From contig CBFHUR010000006.1 in NCBI GenBank assembly GCA_965658895.1, positions 50,131 through 114,130 on the forward strand: a stretch of 64,000 nucleotides of DNA, written 5' to 3'. The notes under the pieces are model-generated. The model was given only the letters and a program-made list of their open reading frames with translations, searched no databases and had not been told where the DNA came from. The stretch is from Candidatus Binatia bacterium. Its GTDB lineage: Bacteria > Desulfobacterota > Binatia > UBA12015. The position numbers and the translations under genes were made by a program. This document shows, piece after piece, positions 39,988 through 49,554 of the stretch (position 1 is the first letter of the stretch; each line of letters begins with the position of its first letter).

Positions 39988-42900
39988 ATGATCATGCTGC
40001 TCCAGTTTCTGGCCATCGTTGTGATGATGGTGCTCACCAGCCGCCTGGCGGTCGAACCTCTCAAGGGTCGCTTGATGAATATCTTCAAGCTCCTGCTGAC
40101 CGTGGGCATGGTCTACCATTTGTTGTTCTGGCCTGTCAGCGATGGGGCCGGTGGTACCGTGCCGGCATGGGATCTGATGTTGGAGCTGCTGCGCAACATC
40201 GACCCCGTCGTCTTCTGGACGTTTGCGGGGATCGGTGCCGGGGTTCGATTTCTGGGAGTTTTGGCCTCGATGTATCGCTGGCGATTGGTGCTGCGGGGCC
40301 AGAAGATCGAACTTCCCTTCTGGCATATCCTCGGAGCCTTCCTGATCGGTCGTGCGATCGGATTTTTCCTGCCCAGCACGGCAGGACTCGATGGATACAA
40401 ACTTTATGATGCGGCCCGATTCAGCGGCCGCACGGTTGAAGTCACGGCGGGCACGGTGCTCGAAAAGGTTCTGGGTATCACCGGGATTTTCCTCACCTAT
40501 CTGGTGGCTCTTCCCTTCGGGATGTCGATTTTTGGTGAGAATGCGGTCACGGTCGCGCTGATCACAGTGCCTTTGGCGATTGCGATCATCGGTGGTCTGC
40601 TGACTCTGCTCTGGTTCCCCGGCGTGATCCAGTGGGTCATCGAGACGGTGCCTATTCCGGCAAAAGCTCAGATTGAAGGCCTGGTCCTGCGCACTTCGGC
40701 GGCCGCGGCTGCTTATCGCGACCAGAAAATGCTCGTTCTGGGGATGCTGGTGATGAGCTTTCTCTCGCATTTCTTCACCGCGGCCATGTACTTTTTCATG
40801 GCGATTGCCGTTGGTGCCGGGGCAGATGCCGTATTTTGGCCCGTCGTCTTCGGCTCCTCGATCCAGATCTTCGCGACCGTTCTTGGCCCGACCATTGGTG
40901 GCATCGGCGTGCGCGAGGCCGCCCAGGTTCTTACCCTGGGCGCTCTGCTCGGGCCGATCGTGGCGGCGGTTTCGGCGACGCTCGGATTCTGGGTGGGCGA
41001 AGTACCGACCCTCTTCGGATTCCTCTTCTGGATGGTTCGGGGTCCTGATTACCGGCCGAGTTATTGCCGTGTAGACGGCAAGCAAGTTGACTACGAAGAA
41101 ACGGCCAAGATGGCCATGGAGCTCGAGACCGAAGAGGAACGCCAGGCACGCGAGGACCGCCAGGCGGCAGGCGATGTGGTTTCCGCCGCCGTTCTGGAGC
41201 AACCGACCCGACTGTTTGTGTCCAGCGGGCTTGGATTGGGTGCCGGGGTACTCTCGGGAATCTTGATCGGCACGATCGAGGCTATGGTGATTGGTGCTGG
41301 AGGCTTCGGACCGGAATCACAGGTCTTGTGGTACGGCCCGCTGCTTTACGCGGCTTTGCTCGGTGGCCTGGGGCTGCTGGGCGGCGCGGTCCTCAGCATC
41401 CTGCCGATGCAGGAGTCCGAGGTCCGTGGTTGGGTGCCGACTCTCGGCTTTGCCGCAACGCTGGTGCCGCTCGGGCTGGCGATCGTTGTCTTTCGGTTGA
41501 AGCGAGACGTCTATCTCGAGCAAATGCCTCCCCTTCCCGTGCTGCTCGGTGTGGTGGCTGGCGCGGGCGTGTTGGCGCTTGTGATTTTGATGTTCGGGCG
41601 ACGGTTTTTCCAATCCGGCGCCGGACGCATCGCGCGTCCGCTGCCGGCTTTGTCGCTCTTGCTGGTCGTGATGGCGGCCGGGGCGCTGTTGGGTCCGCGG
41701 GAACCGGCGGTTGTGGTGGAAGCCCGCACCGAGGTGCCGGCGCATCTGAGGGACCGCCCGAACGTGGTCCTGGTCATCGCCGATACGCTGCGGGCGGACC
41801 ATCTGGGCTCCTATGGGGATCCTCGTGGCCTGACGCCGAACCTGGATGCCATGGCGGATGAGGGCACTGTCTGGGAAGCCTTCGGGCAATCGTCGTGGAC
41901 CAAGCCGTCGGTAGCGACCATCCTGACCTCGCTCTACGCATCGACGCATGGTGCGATGAGCAAACCTTCGATCTTGCCGGAAGTCACAACCGTGGCGGAC
42001 GCCTTGCAGGCGGAGGGCTACGCGACGTCGGGTTTTGTTTCGAATGTCAATCTGGCGCCTTCGTTCAATTTCCAGCAGGGATTTGATGAATACACCTACT
42101 ATGCGCCCGACTATTTATTTGAGGCCGAGGAGTCTTCGTCGAAGCTGATTCTCTACCAGATCCTGCGGCCGCTCTATTTCAAGGTCATGGGCTCGCAATG
42201 GGTGGAGTTGTTCTACCAGGACTCGCGCACGGTGAATGCCGATGCTCTTCCCTGGCTCGAACGGCATAAGGACGATCGGTTCTTTGCCTTGCTGCATTAT
42301 ATGGACCCGCATGACCCTTATTTTGCCCACCCCTACGACGGACGCGGAATCGCAAGGGTCGAGAACCAGAACCCCGACCCGGAACAAGCCGCCGAGATGC
42401 TCGAGCTCTATGCGGGTGAGATTCAGTACATGGACGAGAGTTTCGGAGATTTGATTGCCACGCTCAAGGAGCATGACATCTACGATGATACGCTGATCGT
42501 CTTTACGGCCGACCATGGCGAAGAGTTTCAGGAGCACGGTGGCTGGTGGCATGGGACGACTCTTTACGAGGAGCAGGTTGCGGTTCCGTTGATCGCCAAG
42601 TTCCCGGCGGGGTCGCTGGTGCCTGCGCGGCCTCAGGGAGTTGGTCGTTTGCTGGATATCGCCCCGACGATTCTGGCCGCTTCCGGAACCGCGATTCCGC
42701 GCGAGTGGCAGGGTGCTGATCTGGCGTTGCCGATCCCCTCTCATCGCGTGGCGTTTGCCGAGGAGGACCATGAGGGCAATATCATTACGGCCGCCCGCAA
42801 TGCGCGCCTCAAGCTGATTCGAGCCAATGCAGGAAATCCCCGGGGGCTTCCGGAGCTGGAACTATTTGATCTGCAACGGGACCCCGGTGAACAGGAAAAT

Positions 42901-43056
42901 GTGGCCCCCGATCGCCCTGTGGAGGTCGAGGATCTGGATCGCGAGGTCGTCTCGATCACGACGGGTGCTGCTCAGGAAGCAGTGGCAAACGACGGCGAGG
43001 TCGAGATGGATGATGCCACCCGGGACCGACTGCGCGCGCTCGGCTATATCGAATAG
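39988..43056 (+). CDS. fusion protein: MprF-type flippase-like (lysylphosphatidylglycerol-synthase TM region/UPF0104) domain + multi-TM linker + Thr-type sulfatase-superfamily (LtaS/EptA/OpgB-like) domain
   Basis: Residues ~1-330 carry 'YRWRLVL', 'GLDGYKLY' and 'GGIGVREAA', characteristic of the LPG_synthase_TM/flippase-like family. Residues ~390-580 form a second TM block. The C-terminal ~440 aa carry 'VVLVIADTLRADHLGSYG', 'SSWTKPSVATILTSLYAS' (Thr at the nucleophile position) and 'VFTADHGEEFQEHG', and end in 'LRALGYIE'. Confidence 0.7.
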   Translation: MIMLLQFLAIVVMMVLTSRLAVEPLKGRLMNIFKLLLTVGMVYHLLFWPVSDGAGGTVPAWDLMLELLRNIDPVVFWTFAGIGAGVRFLGVLASMYRWRLVLRGQKIELPFWHILGAFLIGRAIGFFLPSTAGLDGYKLYDAARFSGRTVEVTAGTVLEKVLGITGIFLTYLVALPFGMSIFGENAVTVALITVPLAIAIIGGLLTLLWFPGVIQWVIETVPIPAKAQIEGLVLRTSAAAAAYRDQKMLVLGMLVMSFLSHFFTAAMYFFMAIAVGAGADAVFWPVVFGSSIQIFATVLGPTIGGIGVREAAQVLTLGALLGPIVAAVSATLGFWVGEVPTLFGFLFWMVRGPDYRPSYCRVDGKQVDYEETAKMAMELETEEERQAREDRQAAGDVVSAAVLEQPTRLFVSSGLGLGAGVLSGILIGTIEAMVIGAGGFGPESQVLWYGPLLYAALLGGLGLLGGAVLSILPMQESEVRGWVPTLGFAATLVPLGLAIVVFRLKRDVYLEQMPPLPVLLGVVAGAGVLALVILMFGRRFFQSGAGRIARPLPALSLLLVVMAAGALLGPREPAVVVEARTEVPAHLRDRPNVVLVIADTLRADHLGSYGDPRGLTPNLDAMADEGTVWEAFGQSSWTKPSVATILTSLYASTHGAMSKPSILPEVTTVADALQAEGYATSGFVSNVNLAPSFNFQQGFDEYTYYAPDYLFEAEESSSKLILYQILRPLYFKVMGSQWVELFYQDSRTVNADALPWLERHKDDRFFALLHYMDPHDPYFAHPYDGRGIARVENQNPDPEQAAEMLELYAGEIQYMDESFGDLIATLKEHDIYDDTLIVFTADHGEEFQEHGGWWHGTTLYEEQVAVPLIAKFPAGSLVPARPQGVGRLLDIAPTILAASGTAIPREWQGADLALPIPSHRVAFAEEDHEGNIITAARNARLKLIRANAGNPRGLPELELFDLQRDPGEQENVAPDRPVEVEDLDREVVSITTGAAQEAVANDGEVEMDDATRDRLRALGYIE

Positions 43057-43117
43057 ACAGCGCCGGGCTGGTCGGCCTCAGCCTTGGTTTCCGGGCCTCT
43101 GGCTTTTGCGCTAGGGT

Positions 43118-45319
43118 GTGGCGGTGCGTTCGTCCACTGTCCTAGCCGTTCTGCTCTTTGCGGCGTCGGCGACCTTCATGCTTCGCGAAGTGCTGCCGGC
43201 CCCGGCCTCGCTTCTGCAGACGTCCGTGCAGACGCACGATTCCGAGGGGGGTGGGGCCGAGTGGGAACTTCTCGGGCAGTTCGACCAGCAGATGGTCGTT
43301 GCCCTCGTCGCGCGCAATGCGGATCTTCTTCTCTCGGATCCCGCCGGATTGTTCGGCGTGGGCCAGTGTTTTCCCTTTCCCGCATCTTTTACGCTGGGTG
43401 AACATGCTTTCGTTGAGGGGGCGATGGCGGCGCTTCCGCTGGCACTGACCGGGGAGCCCATCCTGGCCTACAACTTCATGCTTTGGGTTGGCTATGTCCT
43501 CGCCGGCTTCAGCATGTTTCTGCTGGTTCGTCACTTCACGGGCAGCGTCGCCGCGGGCATCCTCGCCGGCTTTCTTCTGCAATGGTTCCCCAGTCGTATC
43601 ATCGATGGCGGCCACCCGTTCCTGCACACGGAATTCTGGCTGGTCTTCGCCCTGCTGTTTCTCCACCGCCTTTTTGTTTTGGGACAAATCCGATCGATGT
43701 TCGGCGTGGCTTTCTTTCTGGGGATGCAGGCCCTCGGCAGCTTCTATCTGATTCTCGCAGTGATTCCGGTGGTGCTGATCTACGTGGTTTTTCTGGTCTG
43801 GACCCATCCCCGCTACCGCCTCCGGGCTCTGGCTCTCACGATGGTCGCCGGCCTGTGGGTGGCGGCGGTCGGTTTGATGGTTCTGATGCCGTATCTCCAG
43901 ACCCGGCAAGAGTGGTCGCTTCTGGGCGGACGCGAGGGGATTCTCTTGCCCTTCAGTGTCTTTTTGCCGGGCTCGAGCTCGTTTCCCGGGTGGGTGTATG
44001 CCTTGCTTTTCCTGATCGGCGCGGGCGACCGGCTTCGGGGGCGTCGTGGTTCCAGGGGGGAAGATCCGCGCGCGCCGTTTCTGGTGGCGACTTTGCTGGT
44101 CCTGGTCTGCGCGACTTCCGGAATCGAGGTGCCGGGAACCTCGATTCACCTCGACTCTCCCTGGAGCTATCTGACGGGCATTGTCCCCGGTCTCGATGCG
44201 GTCCGGGCGCCGGGGATCATGGCCAATATCATGTGGGTTCCGGCCACGGTCGTGGCCGGGTACGGGGCGCTGGTCGTCTTTGAGGTTCTCGGTCGTCGGG
44301 CCGAGCATTGGGCCTTGGCGGGCCTGGTGCTCGCCGTCGCATTGATCCGATTTGTGCCGGTCCTCTCGGAGTTCACCTATGGGGGCAGCCTGGGTGTGGA
44401 GGCGCGTGACGCGCGCCCCGGGCAAGCCGATGTTGCGTTGATCCGGGCAGCTTCTCCAGGTGCTGTCATCCACGTGCCGATGGCCAAGGAGGGCCCGGCA
44501 TCCACGGGCGGGAATGCGAGCTTGCAACTCCTGCTCGGCAGCTTCTCGCCCAGTCCCTCGACCAGTTGCTACAACTCGTTTTTGTCACCCTATGCATCTC
44601 AGCTTGGTCAATTGGGGAGTCGCCTTCCGACCATGGAATCGCTGGAGGCGTTGGGCGCGATCGGGATCGACACGATCGTTGTCCACAAACTTGGGTCGGG
44701 TGGGGCGCCCCTCATGGGTAATTTTCTCGATTGGTTTCGCGCACAGATCGAGGAGTCCGCCGAGTTGCAGTCCCGGCTGAAGCTGGTGGGTGAGACAGAT
44801 CGTTTGCTGGTCTATTCGTTGACGCCGCGGGGGCTGGCAAGCTCTCGTGAGTCCGCCCTCCACCGTGGCGTAGCGTGGGGAGAGCCCTGGCGGGAAGGCG
44901 AGTCGACCACGGTGCGTTTCTGGACGCGTAATCGGTCAAGTATGGTCTTTCGGGATGCCGAACCCCGAGGGTATCGCGAGGGTGCTGTCCTCTGGGTGAA
45001 TGAGGACGGTGACGCCATCTCGCGGTCGCCGGTTCGCTTTCTGATGCCGCTGGCGCTGGCTCCGGGCGGCAGGATTGGTCTCGATATCGAGGTCGAGCCG
45101 CCTCCGAGTGACGGAACCCTCCTGGGATATCTGAGCCCCGCCGGGAAGCGCTGGAATGGGATGGCACTCGCTCGGGTTTGGCGAGAGCAGCCCTCGGCGT
45201 CTGCGGCGGGCTCCACGTCCGAGGGAACGGTCGGGCTCGAGGAGAGCTCCGAGGCCGTGGAAGTCTCCGAGCCCGAGGAAAGCTCCGGCGCCGATGCCGA
45301 GCGCGGCGCCGGGAGTTGA
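43118..45319 (+). CDS. large polytopic membrane protein with C-terminal soluble domain (GT-C-like / YfhO-like glycosyltransferase candidate)
   Basis: 733 aa from a GTG start. About 11 predicted TM helices span residues ~1-400, followed by a ~300-aa non-membrane domain and a Ser/Glu-rich acidic tail. The GT-C assignment is topology-based inference only. Confidence 0.45.
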   Translation: MAVRSSTVLAVLLFAASATFMLREVLPAPASLLQTSVQTHDSEGGGAEWELLGQFDQQMVVALVARNADLLLSDPAGLFGVGQCFPFPASFTLGEHAFVEGAMAALPLALTGEPILAYNFMLWVGYVLAGFSMFLLVRHFTGSVAAGILAGFLLQWFPSRIIDGGHPFLHTEFWLVFALLFLHRLFVLGQIRSMFGVAFFLGMQALGSFYLILAVIPVVLIYVVFLVWTHPRYRLRALALTMVAGLWVAAVGLMVLMPYLQTRQEWSLLGGREGILLPFSVFLPGSSSFPGWVYALLFLIGAGDRLRGRRGSRGEDPRAPFLVATLLVLVCATSGIEVPGTSIHLDSPWSYLTGIVPGLDAVRAPGIMANIMWVPATVVAGYGALVVFEVLGRRAEHWALAGLVLAVALIRFVPVLSEFTYGGSLGVEARDARPGQADVALIRAASPGAVIHVPMAKEGPASTGGNASLQLLLGSFSPSPSTSCYNSFLSPYASQLGQLGSRLPTMESLEALGAIGIDTIVVHKLGSGGAPLMGNFLDWFRAQIEESAELQSRLKLVGETDRLLVYSLTPRGLASSRESALHRGVAWGEPWREGESTTVRFWTRNRSSMVFRDAEPRGYREGAVLWVNEDGDAISRSPVRFLMPLALAPGGRIGLDIEVEPPPSDGTLLGYLSPAGKRWNGMALARVWREQPSASAAGSTSEGTVGLEESSEAVEVSEPEESSGADAERGAGS

Positions 45320-45350
45320 GGCAACAGGCGATAGAAGCGAGGATGGTGAT

Positions 45351-47159
45351 ATGCGCTACCAGCCAATCGAGAACTACGGGATTATCGGCAATTTGGAGAC
45401 CATTGCTCTGGTGGGGCTGAATGCTTCCATCGACTTTTTCTGTTTCCCGAATTTTGATTCACCTTCCGTCTTTGGGGGGCTTCTGGACGCGGCGTCCGGG
45501 GGATGCTTCTCGGTGGAAGCCGAGCTGCCGGAGGCTCGGCATACGCAGCTCTATCTTCCCGAGACCAATGTGCTCCTGACCCGAATGCTGGCGGCTGACG
45601 GCGTGGCCGAGATCAGCGATTTCATGCCCATCGGGGAGGAGTCGGGGCGGTGCGCCCTGGTGCGTCGAATTCGCACCGTTCGAGGACGGGTTCGATTCCG
45701 GATCCGTTGCGCGCCCCGGTTCGACTACGGGCGAGCTTCCCACGATACCGACCGGACAAGCGATGGCGTGGTCTTCTCGTCGCGTGGTCCGGATGGAACA
45801 GCGCTGCGATTGCGCAGCGGCCATGCCCTGCGTGTCGAGGACGGGGCTGCGCTGCTGGAGGTCGAGCTTGCTGCGGGTGAATCCGTGCATCTGGTGCTCG
45901 ATGACGCCCATGCCCCAGCGCATGGCGAGGATCTCGGGAATTGGTGTGACGCCGCCTTTGACGAAACCGTTCGGTATTGGCGGGGCTGGTCGGATCGATC
46001 GAACTATGATGGGCGCTGGCGCGAGATGGTCCAACGCTCGGCCTTGACGTTGAAGCTGCTTACCTCACGACGATACGGATCTCTGGTGGCAGCCCCCACG
46101 ATGGGTTTGCCCGAAGAAGTCGGTGGCGAGCGGAATTGGGATTATCGCTATACCTGGATCCGCGATTCGGCTTTTACGGTCTATGCACTTCTTCGGCTGG
46201 GCTACACCGAGGAGGCGGGCAATTTCATGCATTGGGTCGAAGCCCGTTGTGAGGAGTTGCAGCCCGACGGTGCCCTGCAGATCATGTACGGCATTGATGG
46301 TCGGCACCGACTCGAGGAATCCGAACTCGCGCATTGGGAAGGGTACCGGGGCTCGTCGCCGGTCCGGCTGGGCAATGGCGCCTATGATCAGCTGCAGCTG
46401 GATATTTATGGCGAGCTGATCGACTCGATTTACCTCTACGACAAATACGGTACTCCGGTCTCGTTCGATTTTTGGGAGAATATCGTGCGCCTGGTGGAGT
46501 GGGTGTGCACGAACTGGCAGCGTCCGGACGAAGGCATCTGGGAGGTGCGCGGCGGTCAGCAGGAGTTTTTGTATTCTCGCCTGATGTGTTGGGTCGCAAT
46601 CGATCGGGCCCTGCGGCTGGCGGAGAAGCGCTCGTTGCCGGCGCCAGTGGTGCGTTGGCGTGGCGTGCGCGACGCGATCCACCACGAGATTGTGAACCAA
46701 TTCTGGTCCGAGAAGCGCTCCGCCTTCGTGCAATACAAGGGCTCGGAGACGATCGATGCGTCGTGCCTGCTGATGCCGCTGGTGCGTTTTATCAGCCCCA
46801 GGGACCCGCGCTGGCTCTCTACCCTCGATGCGGTGACAAATGATCTGGTCGATGATTCTCTGGTCTATCGGTATCGCAATGAACAGGCGGCCTCCGACGG
46901 GCTCTCCGGTTCCGAGGGGACCTTCAATATTTGCTCCTTCTGGTATGTCGAATGCCTCTGTCGAGCCGGGCAAGTGGAAAAGGCACAGCTGCTCTTCGAG
47001 AAGATGCTCGGTTACGCCAATCATCTCGGTTTGTATTCCGAAGAGTTGGGTCCCGCCGGCGAACATCTGGGGAACTTCCCGCAGGCTTTCACTCATCTGG
47101 GGTTGATCAGCGCGGCGTTCAGCTTGAATCGGAATCTTGAGGGAGGCTGGCGGCCCTGA
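45351..47159 (+). CDS. glycoside hydrolase family 15 (glucoamylase/trehalase-like)
   Basis: The N-terminal '[36 protein letters not shown]' is the GH15 N-domain signature, with an (alpha/alpha)6 region '[14 protein letters not shown]'. ATG at 45351. Confidence 0.8.
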   Translation: MRYQPIENYGIIGNLETIALVGLNASIDFFCFPNFDSPSVFGGLLDAASGGCFSVEAELPEARHTQLYLPETNVLLTRMLAADGVAEISDFMPIGEESGRCALVRRIRTVRGRVRFRIRCAPRFDYGRASHDTDRTSDGVVFSSRGPDGTALRLRSGHALRVEDGAALLEVELAAGESVHLVLDDAHAPAHGEDLGNWCDAAFDETVRYWRGWSDRSNYDGRWREMVQRSALTLKLLTSRRYGSLVAAPTMGLPEEVGGERNWDYRYTWIRDSAFTVYALLRLGYTEEAGNFMHWVEARCEELQPDGALQIMYGIDGRHRLEESELAHWEGYRGSSPVRLGNGAYDQLQLDIYGELIDSIYLYDKYGTPVSFDFWENIVRLVEWVCTNWQRPDEGIWEVRGGQQEFLYSRLMCWVAIDRALRLAEKRSLPAPVVRWRGVRDAIHHEIVNQFWSEKRSAFVQYKGSETIDASCLLMPLVRFISPRDPRWLSTLDAVTNDLVDDSLVYRYRNEQAASDGLSGSEGTFNICSFWYVECLCRAGQVEKAQLLFEKMLGYANHLGLYSEELGPAGEHLGNFPQAFTHLGLISAAFSLNRNLEGGWRP

Positions 47160-47229
47160 GACGGCGGACTGCGCCGAATGTTGCAGATCCACTGTTGCGC
47201 CGGGAAGCGGTCTGGGCAAAACTCCGGGC

Positions 47230-47694
47230 ATGTCGGATCGACCATTCAGGATTTTAGGGGTGCAGCAGATTGCTGTGGGGAGCGAGAGCAAGGACCGCCT
47301 TCGCAAGTTGTGGGTGGAGCTGTTGGGCCTGGAGGTGCAGGGCACCTTCCGTAGCGAGAAGGAAAATGTCGACGAAGACATCGCGGTGGCGGGCAAACCC
47401 CCGTTTGCGGTTGAAGTCGACCTGATGGAGCCGATTGACCCGAACTCGCGCCCCAAGGTGCATGTGCCCCCCCTGAACCATGTTGGTCTCTGGGTGGATA
47501 ATCTTCTGCTGGCAGTCGAGTGGCTCGAAGGACAGGGAATGCGGTTTGCTCCGGGCGGCATCCGCAAGGGCGCCGCCGGCTTTGATGTCTGCTTTGTGCA
47601 TCCGGTCGGCAATGAGTCCTCGCCCATCGGCGGCGAAGGCGTTCTGATCGAGTTGGTTCAGGCACCGCAAGAGATTATCGACTCGCTTGGCTAG
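47230..47694 (+). CDS. VOC family protein (glyoxalase / methylmalonyl-CoA epimerase-like)
   Basis: About 155 aa with 'HVGLWVDNL...[23 protein letters not shown]' paired beta-alpha-beta-beta-beta modules. ATG at 47230. Confidence 0.6.
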   Translation: MSDRPFRILGVQQIAVGSESKDRLRKLWVELLGLEVQGTFRSEKENVDEDIAVAGKPPFAVEVDLMEPIDPNSRPKVHVPPLNHVGLWVDNLLLAVEWLEGQGMRFAPGGIRKGAAGFDVCFVHPVGNESSPIGGEGVLIELVQAPQEIIDSLG

Positions 47695-47769
47695 GGGATC
47701 CGGGCCTACGGATTCGTTGCCTGGGTGGGTCTCGGAGGTGTTTCTTCCGGAGGCTCGGGAAGCTAGGGT

Positions 47770-49554
47770 TTGCGGGGCATGAGACGCCTCTGGCAAACTG
47801 TACTGCAATACCGGGCGCGGTGGATTGCTGGCTGCGCGATGCTGGTGGTGACGGCGTCGTTGGCGATGGTGATCCCGCTGCTGTTGCGGGCGGCTGTCGA
47901 CCGGATTGCGGGGGACGAGACGGCCTCGGCGCTTCCGGAAGTCTCGTATTACGTGGGCTGGATTCTGGCCATTGCCGTGGTGCAGGGCTTCACGAGGACG
48001 ATTTCGCGGTTTCTGATTTTCAATACCGGGCGCGATGTCGAATACGACCTGCGCAACGACTTATTTGAACATCTGGAGTCGCTGCCGCCGGAATTCTACA
48101 AGAAGCATCCTACCGGCGATCTGATGTCGCGGCTGGTCAACGATATCTCGGCTGTGCGTCTGATGCTGGGGCCGGGGATCCTGAATCTGATCAATACCCC
48201 GATCTATTACATCTACGGCCTGACGATCATGCTCTCGATTGATCCCGCCCTTACTTTGGCGGCGCTCGCGCCTTACCCACTGGCACTGCTTTTTATCAAG
48301 GCGACCACCGGGCGCATGATGGAGCGCCAGCTTCGGGTGCAGGAGGGGATTGCCTCGATGACCAATGCGATCCAGGAGCACGTCAGTGGCATTCACGTTG
48401 TGAAGGCCTATACGATGGAGGACCGCGAGCAGGAACGCTTTCAGGAAGAAAACGAATCCTTTCGGACCGCCAGTATCGACCTGGCCAGACTGCGCGGGAT
48501 GATTGCCCCCGTCACGCGTCTGGTCAGCGCGTTCGGGATTCTGATCGTACTTTGGTTTGGTGGGGCAAAGGTGGCACGAGGTGCACTGCAGTTGGGCGAC
48601 CTGGTTGCCTTCATGGGCTACTTGCACCTGCTGGCATGGCCCACGATGGCTTTGGGATGGATGATCTCGATCGTGCAGCGAGGCCGGGTTGCCATGGATC
48701 GTCTCGAGGAGATTTTCTCGGTGCAGTCCACCTTGCAAGTGGAGCAACCGGTCGCCGCACGCGCGCCGGCGACGGTGCGGGCCGGTGCCATCGATTTTCG
48801 TAACGTGAGTTTTGCCTACCCCGACGATCCGGAGAATCTGGTTCTGCATGATATCTCGCTTCAGGTACCCGCGGGATCGACTCTGGCGGTTGTGGGGCGG
48901 GCGGGTTCGGGCAAGAGCAGCCTGATCCAATTGATCCCGCGCCTTTTTGATACCACCGAGGGCGTGGTTCGCGTGGACGGCCGTGACCTGAGGGAATTTG
49001 ATTTGGAGGCGTTGCGGGAATCGATCGCCTTCGTCCCTCAGGATCCGTTTTTGTTCTCCACCTCGATTGCCGAGAATATCGGCTTCTCTTCGCCCGAGAG
49101 CAGCGAGGGAGAAGCGGGCGAGATCCCCGAGCGCATTCGGGAAGCGGCGTCATGGGCCGCGGTGGACGGGGATGTGGGCGCCTTCCCGCATGGATATCGC
49201 ACGATGGTCGGAGAGCGCGGGATTACGCTTTCCGGGGGGCAGAAGCAGCGAGTTACCCTCGCGCGGGCCTTGCTTCATGACGCCCCCATTCTGATTCTGG
49301 ACGATTCGCTCTCGAGCGTGGATACGCAGACGGAAGAGGAGATCCTGAGATCATTGGGTTCCCGGCGCAAGGGTCGTACCTGCTTGATCGTGGCCCATCG
49401 CCTTTCGACCGTTCAGGATGCAGACTCGATTGTGGTTCTCGATGGGGGCCGGGTGGTCGCGCAGGGCAGGCATGAGGAGCTTTTGCGGGACTCGGTTCTC
49501 TATAGCGATCTGTTCCGCCGCCAGATTCTCGCGGAAGAATTGGAGGCGCTATGA
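47770..49554 (+). CDS. ABC transporter permease/ATP-binding protein (type I exporter half-transporter)
   Basis: TMD followed by an NBD with Walker A 'GRAGSGKSS', signature 'LSGGQKQR' and Walker B 'ILILDDSLS'. Confidence 0.9.
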   Translation: MRGMRRLWQTVLQYRARWIAGCAMLVVTASLAMVIPLLLRAAVDRIAGDETASALPEVSYYVGWILAIAVVQGFTRTISRFLIFNTGRDVEYDLRNDLFEHLESLPPEFYKKHPTGDLMSRLVNDISAVRLMLGPGILNLINTPIYYIYGLTIMLSIDPALTLAALAPYPLALLFIKATTGRMMERQLRVQEGIASMTNAIQEHVSGIHVVKAYTMEDREQERFQEENESFRTASIDLARLRGMIAPVTRLVSAFGILIVLWFGGAKVARGALQLGDLVAFMGYLHLLAWPTMALGWMISIVQRGRVAMDRLEEIFSVQSTLQVEQPVAARAPATVRAGAIDFRNVSFAYPDDPENLVLHDISLQVPAGSTLAVVGRAGSGKSSLIQLIPRLFDTTEGVVRVDGRDLREFDLEALRESIAFVPQDPFLFSTSIAENIGFSSPESSEGEAGEIPERIREAASWAAVDGDVGAFPHGYRTMVGERGITLSGGQKQRVTLARALLHDAPILILDDSLSSVDTQTEEEILRSLGSRRKGRTCLIVAHRLSTVQDADSIVVLDGGRVVAQGRHEELLRDSVLYSDLFRRQILAEELEAL

